Source: Pedobacter sp. (lineage in GTDB: Bacteria > Bacteroidota > Bacteroidia > Sphingobacteriales > Sphingobacteriaceae). Taken from it: a DNA stretch of 64,000 bases. Positions 46,433 to 55,528 of the stretch are shown one piece after another. The stretch lies in assembly GCA_014377775.1 (NCBI GenBank), contig JACMOW010000248.1:16966-80965 (forward strand), written 5' to 3'. Both the position numbers and the translations under genes were made by a program. The notes below the pieces were generated by a model. It made no database searches and was not told where the DNA came from. It worked only from the letters and a program-made list of their open reading frames with translations. How positions within the stretch are numbered: position 1 is the stretch's first letter; each line of letters starts with the position of its first letter.

Positions 46433-47687
46433 GGTATTTACAATCGCAGACGGACTTCAAAATCTTGGCGCCTTAAAAACAGGGGGTCAAGGTTCGGTGT
46501 ATAAAGGGAAAAGGATGGGTGCAATTTATTCGGCAATTAAACTAATGCCTACACCTATACACAAAGAAGATGAATCTGACAAAAATTATCGGAATTTTAA
46601 GAATGAAGTAACGAAACTCCAAAAAGTAAATGAAAACCCAAGTCCGAATGTAGTAAAAATTATGAGCTGGGGCATTACCGATAGTGGCTCCTTCCCATAT
46701 ATAGAAATGGAATATATAGAGGGGCATGATCTTTCTGAACTTTTACAGCCCCCGCATCAACAAGCCTTCGCCATAAAGGAGTTAGTTAAAGTTGCCGATC
46801 AGCTGGCTAGTGCCATTGCACATTGTCATCAATTTGGCGTAAAGCATGGCGATATCAAGAGTAATAATGTAAAGTACAATGTACATACAGGTAATTATGT
46901 GTTGCTCGATTTTGGTTTGGCCATTATGAGCGAAGAGCAGCGTAGAACCAGTATCCGCCATGCGGGAGCCATTGAATTTATGGCGCCAGAACAACATGAG
47001 GGCAAAATGCTTTTACAAACAGACATTTATAGCTACGGAATTATTTTATATGAACTTTTAGCTGGTAGGGTGCCGTTTCCTTTAAATGGGGATGGAGATA
47101 CTGGTCGTAATTCGGTAATGCTAGGCCACATGGAAGGTAAAATTCCAGATGCCATTTCCTTAAGGAAAAGAAATCTAGAAGGTACGTTGTCAAAAGAAGC
47201 CTTAGATACCGAGCTTCAAGTACCGGCTTGGCTACTCACTGTAATCTATAAATGCCTTAAGAAAGATCCAAAAGAAAGGTATGCCGATGGGATGGAACTA
47301 GCACGCGCCATAGCTGGTGGAATAGTTCCTAACGTTCAATTTGCTCCATTGGTAAACAAACCACCTATGGTTAGGTTAACAGATGGAGATGGGATACGTT
47401 TATCGAAAAAAGCCTTAATCGCTTTGTTGGTTGGGATAACGCTAATAACGAGCTTCCTTTCTTACCAGTTTTTACCCAAGGAAAAAGTGGTAGTAGGTAA
47501 TACGAAAGCCTTTGAACCACCTTTTTTATTTTATAACAATAAGTATTTAGCGCGGATACAGAAAGAAAGGGAAGATAGCCTTGAAATTGTAAAACTCAGG
47601 CTCTGGGAAAAAGAGAGGATTGCAAATGAGATAAGTAAACAAGAAGAAAAGAAAAAAAAGCGAAAAAAATTCTTGGGTATATTTTGA
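46425..47687 (+). CDS. Hanks-type Ser/Thr protein kinase B, single TM, basic C-terminal tail, no PASTA
   Basis: GGQGSVY, AIK, HGDIKSNN, DFG, MAPE; TM ALIALLVGITLITSFLSY; ends EEKKKKRKKFLGIF. Start overlaps the FHA stop (ATGAGTAA). Confidence 0.92.
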   Translation: MSKVFTIADGLQNLGALKTGGQGSVYKGKRMGAIYSAIKLMPTPIHKEDESDKNYRNFKNEVTKLQKVNENPSPNVVKIMSWGITDSGSFPYIEMEYIEGHDLSELLQPPHQQAFAIKELVKVADQLASAIAHCHQFGVKHGDIKSNNVKYNVHTGNYVLLDFGLAIMSEEQRRTSIRHAGAIEFMAPEQHEGKMLLQTDIYSYGIILYELLAGRVPFPLNGDGDTGRNSVMLGHMEGKIPDAISLRKRNLEGTLSKEALDTELQVPAWLLTVIYKCLKKDPKERYADGMELARAIAGGIVPNVQFAPLVNKPPMVRLTDGDGIRLSKKALIALLVGITLITSFLSYQFLPKEKVVVGNTKAFEPPFLFYNNKYLARIQKEREDSLEIVKLRLWEKERIANEISKQEEKKKKRKKFLGIF

Positions 47688-47713
47688 GCGATTTCTAACT
47701 TTACCGCTTAAAT

Positions 47714-48976
47714 ATGAACGTACTTACTAATCCGCTAAAGCCAAAAAACGAACGAATAGCTACCGTATTGGCTTTTGCACTCATCCCCATGTCGGGTTTT
47801 GCCACCGATATTTATATTCCTTCGTTACCTACCATGGCGCATTCTTTAGGTGTTAGTGAGTTGGCCGTGCAGTTAACCTTAGGCATGTTTTTGATTAGCT
47901 ATGGGGTGTCGCAATTGTTTGTTGGTAGTTTGCTCGATAGTTTTGGGAGGTATCGTATAAACTTAATAAGCCTATTCGTTTTTGCTTTAGCCAGTATCAT
48001 TATTGCAAATACAGTAAACATTTATCTCATTTACGCTATGCGTATTGTACACGGAATTACCGTTGGAGCCATTGTAGTATCGAAAAGGGCGTATTTTATA
48101 GATGTATATAGCGGCGATCGCTTAAAAAACTATCTCAGTATGTTTTCTATTATTTGGGCTACAGCCCCAATTGTTGCTCCTTTTGTAGGTGGATATTTGC
48201 AAACCTTTTTTGGATGGCAAGCTAATTTTTATTTCTTAGCAGCCTTTGCACTTTTTATCCTAGTATTAGAAATCATTTTTAGTGGTGAAACGATTAACCA
48301 ACGTATGGTATTTAGCTTAAAAAAGATTGTTAGCGTATATGTGAATATGATTGGTACGACTAGTTTTACGCTTGCTATTATCATGCTCGGACTGTCATAT
48401 AGCATGATTATGGTATATAATATGACTGGGCCTTTCATTATTGAACACGAGTTAGGACTTAGTCCAATTATAGCGGGTTATAGTTCGTTGGTGTTGGGTG
48501 GAGCGGTAATGTTGGGTGGCTTATTTGGTAAGGTCACCATAAACAGTCCCTTTATAAAAAAGCTATCCATTAATGTGGCACTCCAGTTTGGTTTTTGCTT
48601 GGCTATGTTTGGAAGTCTTTTTTTTGTAGCTAATCTTTATTCCATCATCTTCTTTGCCTTTTGTATTCATGCTACTTCGGGCTACACTTTTAATATCTTT
48701 TTTACGTTTTGCTTAAGTAGATTCCCAAAAAATGCAGGAATTGCAAGTGGCCTTACAGGGGGCATTAACTACATAATAGTTTCCTTTTTAAGTTATGGTA
48801 TTATTACCGCTATTCCAGCAAAGGATGCATTAAATCTTGTTTATAGTTATGCGGTGTTAATTGGATTATCGTTTTTAGTGATAATTATTATTTTTAAGCA
48901 GTACAGCAAGCACACAAGTAATTATCGTTTAAATAAAGAAAAGGCGACCAATAGTAACTCAAGCCGCCTTTTTTAA
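47714..48976 (+). CDS. MFS transporter, Bcr/CflA (DHA1) type
   Basis: TDIYIPSLP, GSLLDSFGR (motif A), APIVAPFVGG, GWQANF; about 12 hydrophobic segments. Confidence 0.88.
   Translation: MNVLTNPLKPKNERIATVLAFALIPMSGFATDIYIPSLPTMAHSLGVSELAVQLTLGMFLISYGVSQLFVGSLLDSFGRYRINLISLFVFALASIIIANTVNIYLIYAMRIVHGITVGAIVVSKRAYFIDVYSGDRLKNYLSMFSIIWATAPIVAPFVGGYLQTFFGWQANFYFLAAFALFILVLEIIFSGETINQRMVFSLKKIVSVYVNMIGTTSFTLAIIMLGLSYSMIMVYNMTGPFIIEHELGLSPIIAGYSSLVLGGAVMLGGLFGKVTINSPFIKKLSINVALQFGFCLAMFGSLFFVANLYSIIFFAFCIHATSGYTFNIFFTFCLSRFPKNAGIASGLTGGINYIIVSFLSYGIITAIPAKDALNLVYSYAVLIGLSFLVIIIIFKQYSKHTSNYRLNKEKATNSNSSRLF
48939..48974 (+). terminator. Possible terminator hairpin overlapping the MFS 3' end
   Basis: AAAAGGCG...CGCCTTTTTT inverted repeat with a long loop. 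Confidence 0.4.
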
Positions 48977-49000
48977 TTATTTAGATAGCCTGATTTCGTG

Positions 49001-49623
49001 CGGTGTGCGCCTTAAAGCTTTCCAGCATCTGATGCATCACATCATCAAAATGCAGTTACAATTCAAAATAACGCATTGGCAAATGGTGCAGTTGGCGTTA
49101 TCATGTGTACAGCAACAAATACAAGTCGTGGTTTAATAAATACCAGGAGCAGTGTTAGTATGCTCAATCAAAAAGGAAAAATTGTATCATCTTCTACCTT
49201 TCCTTTTGCTAAAACAAAGATAGTGGGTACTGTAAGTAATTTCGTTTTTGCCACTATTTTTACGCAAGCAGGGAAAGTCCTAACCGCTGTTGTAGCATTG
49301 CTTAAAAAAGGAGTGTCACAATCTTTTACTACCAATTTTAGGCTTAATTCGACTTATGAAACCACGTATGTCGATTTTAATACTTTTAATATAGCTGGTA
49401 AAATAGAGGGAACAGATTCGAAATTAAAAATGGAATACTTAGTGCATAGTGCTCATTTAGATCTCTTAGGTGTTGGAACTGTAGTGAAGGCGACTTGATA
49501 TATAATGGTGCGCATGATAATGCTTCTGGTGTTTCGAGTTTATTACAGATTACCAAAATATATCAAGGTTTAAAAGAAAAGCCTAAACGATCTATCCTTA
49601 TTTTAATTTTTGCAAAGAAATAA
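49001..49623 (+). pseudogene. M28 aminopeptidase pseudogene (internal fragment)
   Basis: In-frame TAA at 49013; NIAGKIEGTD..LK.EYLVHSAHLD; frameshift near 49489, then GDLIYNGAHDNASGVSSLL..KPKRSIL to a stop at 49621-49623. Confidence 0.85.
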
Positions 49624-49633
49624 GTACAAAATA

Positions 49634-49679
49634 ATTAAAACACTTTGACAAAATTTTGACTTTGTCAAAGTGTTTTAAT
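49634..49679. terminator. Perfect 19-bp inverted repeat (REP-like hairpin or terminator of the S9 peptidase gene)
   Basis: ATTAAAACACTTTGACAAA - 8 nt - TTTGTCAAAGTGTTTTAAT, immediately after the minus-strand stop at 49686. Confidence 0.7.
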
Positions 49680-49685
49680 GGTGTA

Positions 49686-51998
49686 TTAATTTCTTGCACC
49701 TCGCATTTGGTAATCTTTTGGAGGTCGATCATTTAATAAATTGGTTACAAAATAATCCCACCTGCGTCGCATCATGTACGGGCCAAAAGCCCCAAACCCA
49801 TGTGCACTGTTTGGAAACAATAACAAATCGAAGGTTTTATTGGCTTTAATTAAGGCATCAACCACTAACATCGTATTAGATGGTGGCACATTGTTATCCA
49901 TCATGCCATGAGCCAATAATAATTTCCCTTTTAAATTTTTAGCATAGGTTTGATTGGCCTGTGCTTCATAGTTCGAATTTTCTACTAATCCATTGTAGCG
50001 TTCTCCCCAATCGTCCTCGTAGTTACGATTATCGTGGTTTCCCGATTCGGCTATCCCCACTTTAAAGAAATCAGGATAACGGAGCATTGCTGCCGCAGTG
50101 GCAAAACCACCTCCAGAATGTCCCCAAATACCCACTTTATTGGTGTCTATCGGGAATTGCTGCGAAAGTTGTCTGATGGCTGTAATTTGATCTGGCAAGG
50201 TATTTTCGCCCATGTTGCCATAATTCATATCATGATAACTTTTGGAACGGAAAGGATTGCTGGTTCCTTCTATAAGCACTACGATAAAGCCTAGTTCGGC
50301 TAAAGCCTGATGATCGCCTCTCGAAGCAGAGAATGACCAATTGCCAACACTTCCACCTTGTGGACCAGGGTAGATATAATCAATTACAGGATATTTCTTT
50401 TGTGGATCCATGGTGGTTGGCGTAAATACTAAACCAAAAATATCCGTTTTACCATCGTTTGCCTTTACTGAAACCACAGCAGGTGCTTTCCACCCTGTAG
50501 CTTGTAAACGAGAAACATCGGTTTTTTCTAATTCCATAACCAACTTACCAGTCATGCTACGGTATGTAATTACAGGTGGAACATCTGGTTTAGAATAAGT
50601 GTCGATAAAATAATTCTCAGATGGAGAGAATGAAATTTGATGATTTCCATCTTCAGGGCTTAATGAAACCAAATTTTTACCATCAAAACCAATTTTATAT
50701 AAATGTGTAAAGTAGGGATTGCCCTTCTCACGACCACAGGCCATAAATACCAACTGACGGTTTTTTTCATCCACCTTTAACAAACGGGTAACTACCCATT
50801 CGCCCTTTGTGATTTGATTTTTAAGTTTCCCAGTAGTCGCATCGTACAAATACAAGTGCCCCCAGTTATCGCGTTCCGAATACCAAAGTATTTCGTTCGA
50901 TTTTGGTAAGTAGCGCCAATTAATTGCACCTCTACCTGATTCGAACTGTGTTTTTACTACTTCTTCAAAAACCTCGCGAACCGCACCAGTGGTGGCGTTC
51001 GCAATACGGAACTTTTCTTGTTTATGATCTCTAGAAGTCGATAAAAATGCCATTTCAGTTCCATCAGCTTTCCAGTCAATATCATCAAAAGTGCCGCTAC
51101 TTGCAATATCGTCACTTAAAGTAGCACGATGCGGATCTGGTGGGATTTGTAAACTCACTACTGAACTAGTTTCTACATCAATAATTACTCTTCGTATGGT
51201 AGGAATGGCTTTATCGCCAGGAAGAGGATATTTCCATGCGCTTAGTACGGGTGCGCCAACATTTGTACTTACCAGGTACATATCACTAACCATACGCTGA
51301 TCTTGCTGAAAAGTAGCTATTTTTTTAGAGTCAGGCGACCAACGTACAATTGCATTATTGCTCGACTTCCAGCCGGCATTATCTGTTGCATAACCATAAT
51401 CTTTAATTCCATCTGTTGTAAGCTGCTTCTTTTCATTACTAACTATATCCCGTAACCATAGGTTGTAATCTTTAATATAGACTGCTTTTTTGCCATCGGG
51501 CGATAAAATTTCTAAATTCCCACCTCTACTTCGAGTTGCAATGGCTTTTACTGGGGTAGGGGTTGAGTCATCAATCGTAACTTTATAGCTTTTAAAATCT
51601 ACTTTCCATCTTTTATCGTCTGCGGTTATAGCAAGTAATTTTCCATCATCTGTATAGTTAATTGCTGTAATTGGTAGTTTATTGGCCTGATAGGTTTTTC
51701 CAGCAGCAGCAGAAAGTGCAACTGCCATTTTTTGGTGATCAAATGCAGCAGTCTTTATTTTTTTTACAGGGTTTACTAAGATAAATTCCATTCCTTGGAC
51801 GGAGGTAGTTTGATACCAAAAACGATCTGCCGCTAACCAATTTGGCTTTAAGCTCCCATTATCGATATATGACTCTGTGTAGTAAGACATAAACTTTTCT
51901 GCACGCTCATAATCTTTGTCTGTAAAAATTTTTTCTTTTTGAGCTATAGCGTTTAAAGTAAATGCAAAACCTGTTGCTAGTAATAAATATTTTTTCAT
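49686..51998 (-). CDS. S9 family peptidase (DPP-IV-like)
   Basis: Signal peptide; propeller repeats SPDG and WSPDS; YPGPQ; nucleophile GHSGGG; DNNV; AHG. Confidence 0.92.
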   Translation of the reverse strand: MKKYLLLATGFAFTLNAIAQKEKIFTDKDYERAEKFMSYYTESYIDNGSLKPNWLAADRFWYQTTSVQGMEFILVNPVKKIKTAAFDHQKMAVALSAAAGKTYQANKLPITAINYTDDGKLLAITADDKRWKVDFKSYKVTIDDSTPTPVKAIATRSRGGNLEILSPDGKKAVYIKDYNLWLRDIVSNEKKQLTTDGIKDYGYATDNAGWKSSNNAIVRWSPDSKKIATFQQDQRMVSDMYLVSTNVGAPVLSAWKYPLPGDKAIPTIRRVIIDVETSSVVSLQIPPDPHRATLSDDIASSGTFDDIDWKADGTEMAFLSTSRDHKQEKFRIANATTGAVREVFEEVVKTQFESGRGAINWRYLPKSNEILWYSERDNWGHLYLYDATTGKLKNQITKGEWVVTRLLKVDEKNRQLVFMACGREKGNPYFTHLYKIGFDGKNLVSLSPEDGNHQISFSPSENYFIDTYSKPDVPPVITYRSMTGKLVMELEKTDVSRLQATGWKAPAVVSVKANDGKTDIFGLVFTPTTMDPQKKYPVIDYIYPGPQGGSVGNWSFSASRGDHQALAELGFIVVLIEGTSNPFRSKSYHDMNYGNMGENTLPDQITAIRQLSQQFPIDTNKVGIWGHSGGGFATAAAMLRYPDFFKVGIAESGNHDNRNYEDDWGERYNGLVENSNYEAQANQTYAKNLKGKLLLAHGMMDNNVPPSNTMLVVDALIKANKTFDLLLFPNSAHGFGAFGPYMMRRRWDYFVTNLLNDRPPKDYQMRGARN

Positions 51999-52101
51999 GC
52001 GTTGATAAATTTGTTGCTAAAACTTTTAAATCTAATATAAATTAAGATTTTTAGCTAGGCTTTCATTAATTAGGATAAAAATGTTACTTAAGTGGATAAA
52101 A

Positions 52102-52121
52102 CATAACAGTTCATAACAGTT
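52102..52121 (+). promoter_or_regulatory. Tandem 10-bp direct repeat upstream of rhaT
   Basis: CATAACAGTT x2 exact (ACAGT variant of the RCAGG repeat), followed by TACTTTCG (-7-like) at 52139-52146. Confidence 0.5.
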
Positions 52122-52167
52122 AAATCTCTATCAATTTATACTTTCGAAAATCCAAACATAAATAGAT

Positions 52168-53259
52168 ATGCAAGCAATTTTAGGGGTATTCTTTCATTTT
52201 GTCGGAGGCTTTGCTTCTGGTAGTTTTTACATTCCGTATAAAAAAGTAAAGGGCTGGGCCTGGGAAAGCTACTGGATTGTGGGTGGTATCTTCTCGTGGT
52301 TAATTGTTCCACCATTGGCAGCCTATTTAACCATTCCTAATTTTGTAGACATCATTGCTAGTACAGGCGGACAAATCTTAATGCTTACCTATTTTTTTGG
52401 TGTGCTTTGGGGTATTGGTGGTTTAACTTATGGTTTAGGCGTTCGCTATCTAGGTGTTTCGCTTGGAAGTAGCATTATTTTAGGGCTTTGTATGGTTTTA
52501 GGATCAATACTTCCTTCTATTTATTTTGATGTTTTTCCGAAAGAAGGTAAAGATACATTCTCCATGTTTTTGAGTACCGATTGGGGTCGCATGGTGTTAT
52601 TGGGATTATTGATTTGTGTGCTTGGTATTATAATTTGCGGCAAAGCTGGAATGATGAAAGAAAAAGAATTGAAAGCAGAAGGAACTGACCCGCACGGTAT
52701 GGAAGTTAAAACAGAATTTAAATTCGGATTGGGTTTATTTGTAGGTATCATATCAGGTGTTTTAAGTGCTTGTTTTAATTTCGGTATTGAAGCAGGAAAA
52801 CCAATGGCCGATGCTGCTAATGAATTATGGAAAGCTGTAAACCCTAGCGAAACTGGTAACTTTTTATTCCAAAATAACGTAACCTATATTGTTGTACTTT
52901 GGGGTGGATTAACCACCAATTTTATATGGTGTATGGTACTCAATGCAAGAAATAAAACTTTTGGAGATTATACCAAACCGACAGTTCCATTGTTGAAAAA
53001 TTACATTTTCTCAGCCCTTGCGGGTACAACCTGGTTCTTGCAGTTCTTTTTCTATGGAATGGGTGAGAGTAAGATGGGCAACGGCGCAAGCTCTTGGATT
53101 TTACACATGGCCTTTATCATTTTAGTTGCAAACATGTGGGGAATCGTATTAAAAGAATGGAAAGGTGTATCTAAAAGGACATTTTACACAGTGATTTTAG
53201 GTATTTTCATCATCATTGCTTCTGTACTTATTGTAGGGTACGGTAACTCAATTAGATAG
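52168..53259 (+). CDS. rhaT: L-rhamnose/H+ symporter
   Basis: FHFVGGFASGSFYIPYKKVKGWAWESYW, LWGIGGLTYG, SSWILHM, LKEWKG. Confidence 0.93.
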   Translation: MQAILGVFFHFVGGFASGSFYIPYKKVKGWAWESYWIVGGIFSWLIVPPLAAYLTIPNFVDIIASTGGQILMLTYFFGVLWGIGGLTYGLGVRYLGVSLGSSIILGLCMVLGSILPSIYFDVFPKEGKDTFSMFLSTDWGRMVLLGLLICVLGIIICGKAGMMKEKELKAEGTDPHGMEVKTEFKFGLGLFVGIISGVLSACFNFGIEAGKPMADAANELWKAVNPSETGNFLFQNNVTYIVVLWGGLTTNFIWCMVLNARNKTFGDYTKPTVPLLKNYIFSALAGTTWFLQFFFYGMGESKMGNGASSWILHMAFIILVANMWGIVLKEWKGVSKRTFYTVILGIFIIIASVLIVGYGNSIR

Positions 53260-53322
53260 CTTGAAGCTAGAATTAAACAATTAACGAATAATAACAATTT
53301 CGAAATAAAACAATCCAATAAA

Positions 53323-55437
53323 ATGTCGGTTAAAGAATATAAGTACGTAAGTAACCTTTGGAATGAAGAAGAAGCCAGAAAATTGGCTGGAGATGAAGTA
53401 GCGCTATTAATTTATCGCTCTAATTTATTAGGTGCCGACTTGCGCTTAACGAATTATGGAGGAGGCAACACTTCTTGTAAATTGATGGAAAAAGATCCGC
53501 TAACAGTCTCCAAAACAGAGGTAATGTGGGTAAAAGGGTCTGGTGGCGACTTAGGTACTTTAAAGAAAAGTGGTTTGGCAGCACTTTATGTTGATCGTTT
53601 AAGGAGTTTGAAAAATATTTACAGAGGTGTTGAGCACGAAGATGAAATGGTTGAATTATTTAACCATTGTATTTTCGATTTAAGCTCTAAAGCACCGTCT
53701 ATTGATACACCGTTACATGGTTTTTTACCTTTTAAACATATCGATCATTTACATCCTGATGCTGCAATTGCCATTGCAGCATCTAAAGATGGAAAGAAGA
53801 TTACGCAAGAATTGTTTAACGGAACAATTGGTTGGGTAGAATGGAAAAAACCAGGTTTTGAACTGGGTTTGCAATTGAAACAATGCTTAGATGAAAATCC
53901 AGGTATTAGGGGCATTATTTTAGGTTCACATGGTTTATTTACGTGGGGTAATACTGCTTACGAAAGCTATATCAATACTTTAGATGTGATTGAAATATGC
54001 TCTGATTATTTACAAAATAACTATGGTAAAAAAGGTCCGGTATTTGGCGGAAAGAAAATTGAAAGTGCAGAAGCTTCACAGCGTAAAAAACAAGCAGCTG
54101 CTCTAGCACCTGTTTTACGTGGTTTATGTTCCTCAAAACAACACATGATCGGTCATTTTACGGATGATGCAAGAGTGCTAGAGTTTATCAATTCGAACGA
54201 CTTACCGCACTTAGCACCTATGGGAACCAGTTGCCCAGATCACTTTCTGAGAACAAAAATAAGTCCATTGGTATTAAATTTACCAATCAATGCAGATTTA
54301 ACAGATACTATTACTCTAAAAGGAGAGTTAACGCCAGTATTTGAAGCGTATAGAGCAATGTACACCGACTATTACGAGAAATGTAAACATCCAAATAGTC
54401 CTGCCATACGCGATACCAATCCAGTAGTAATTTTATATCCTGGTATTGGAATGTTTACGTTTTCTAAAGATAAACAAACGGCAAGGGTAGCAGCAGAGTT
54501 TTACACCAATGCAATTAACGTTATGAAAGGGGCAGAAGCAATCTCTGAGTATACTTCATTGCCACATCAGGAAGCGTTTAACATTGAATATTGGTTACTA
54601 GAAGAAGCCAAATTACAGCGAATGCCTAAACCAAAGCCACTTACAGGTAAAATTGCCTTAATTACTGGTAGCGCTGGAGGTATAGGCAAGGCCATTGCGA
54701 AGAAATTTATTGCCGAAGGTGCAGTGGTAATCTTAAATGATATGAATGCAGATCGTTTGGACGAAGCTGGAAAAGAATTTGAAGCAATGTATGGAAAGGA
54801 TGCCTACAGTACTGCAGTTTTAAATGTAACCAATGCGGAAGATATTAATGCTGCATTTGATACGGCAGCATTAGCATTTGGAGGGATAGATATTGTGGTG
54901 AACAATGCTGGTTTATCGATTTCAAAATCGATTGCCGACCATACTGATAAGGATTGGGACTTATTATATGACGTTTTGGTAAAAGGCCAGTTCTTTATTA
55001 CACAGGCTGCAACAAATACGATGCAAAAGCAAGATATTGGTGGTGATATTGTTAATATTGTAAGTAAGAATGCATTGGTAAGTGGGCCAAACAATGCCGG
55101 CTACGGAAGTGCAAAAGCAGCACAGCTACATTTAAGTAGGCTAAATGCTGCTGAATTAGGTGAGAGTAATATTCGTGTAAACGTGGTTAATCCAGATGCG
55201 GTTATTAGTGATAGTAATATTTGGGCGGGGGGTTGGGCAGAAGGTAGAGCAAAAGCGTATGGGGTAGCAGTTGCCGAATTGCCAGCTTATTACGCAAAAC
55301 GTACCCTATTGAATCAAATTATTTTACCAGACGATATTGCCAATGCTTGTTTTGCTTTTGTAGGAGGTTTGTTAAGCAAGTCAACAGGAAACGTACTAAA
55401 CGTAGATGGTGGTGTAGCGATGGCGTTTGTAAGGTAG
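53323..55437 (+). CDS. Bifunctional rhamnulose-1-phosphate aldolase / SDR dehydrogenase (RhaEW type)
   Basis: Class II aldolase motifs GGGNTS, PSIDTPLH, HIDHLHPD, CPDH, fused to SDR motifs TGSAGGIG, NNAG, YGSAK. Confidence 0.93.
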   Translation: MSVKEYKYVSNLWNEEEARKLAGDEVALLIYRSNLLGADLRLTNYGGGNTSCKLMEKDPLTVSKTEVMWVKGSGGDLGTLKKSGLAALYVDRLRSLKNIYRGVEHEDEMVELFNHCIFDLSSKAPSIDTPLHGFLPFKHIDHLHPDAAIAIAASKDGKKITQELFNGTIGWVEWKKPGFELGLQLKQCLDENPGIRGIILGSHGLFTWGNTAYESYINTLDVIEICSDYLQNNYGKKGPVFGGKKIESAEASQRKKQAAALAPVLRGLCSSKQHMIGHFTDDARVLEFINSNDLPHLAPMGTSCPDHFLRTKISPLVLNLPINADLTDTITLKGELTPVFEAYRAMYTDYYEKCKHPNSPAIRDTNPVVILYPGIGMFTFSKDKQTARVAAEFYTNAINVMKGAEAISEYTSLPHQEAFNIEYWLLEEAKLQRMPKPKPLTGKIALITGSAGGIGKAIAKKFIAEGAVVILNDMNADRLDEAGKEFEAMYGKDAYSTAVLNVTNAEDINAAFDTAALAFGGIDIVVNNAGLSISKSIADHTDKDWDLLYDVLVKGQFFITQAATNTMQKQDIGGDIVNIVSKNALVSGPNNAGYGSAKAAQLHLSRLNAAELGESNIRVNVVNPDAVISDSNIWAGGWAEGRAKAYGVAVAELPAYYAKRTLLNQIILPDDIANACFAFVGGLLSKSTGNVLNVDGGVAMAFVR

Positions 55438-55528
55438 CATACACATTGAAATATTATAATTAAGAAATACGGTTGAGGCAAATTGAAGCGCTAAACTCCA
55501 TGCCCCGAAACCAAAAAACTAAATAAAT

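Noticed and set aside
37944-47687. Reading the kinase/PP2C/FHA genes as a T6SS PpkA-PppA-Fha module or an anti-phage kinase system
   Set aside because: No T6SS structural genes, nucleases or other defence domains are in the window; the embedded SEDS-PBP fusion points to peptidoglycan synthesis. A defence role is not excluded but has no support here.
47714-48976. MFS transporter as an eighth member of the kinase operon
   Set aside because: Only 26 nt downstream, but preceded by its own -7-like TAACTTTA (47696-47703) and a generic Bcr/CflA type; membership needs synteny evidence.
53323-55437. Aldolase-dehydrogenase fusion as a novelty
   Set aside because: This is the known RhaEW-type bifunctional enzyme.
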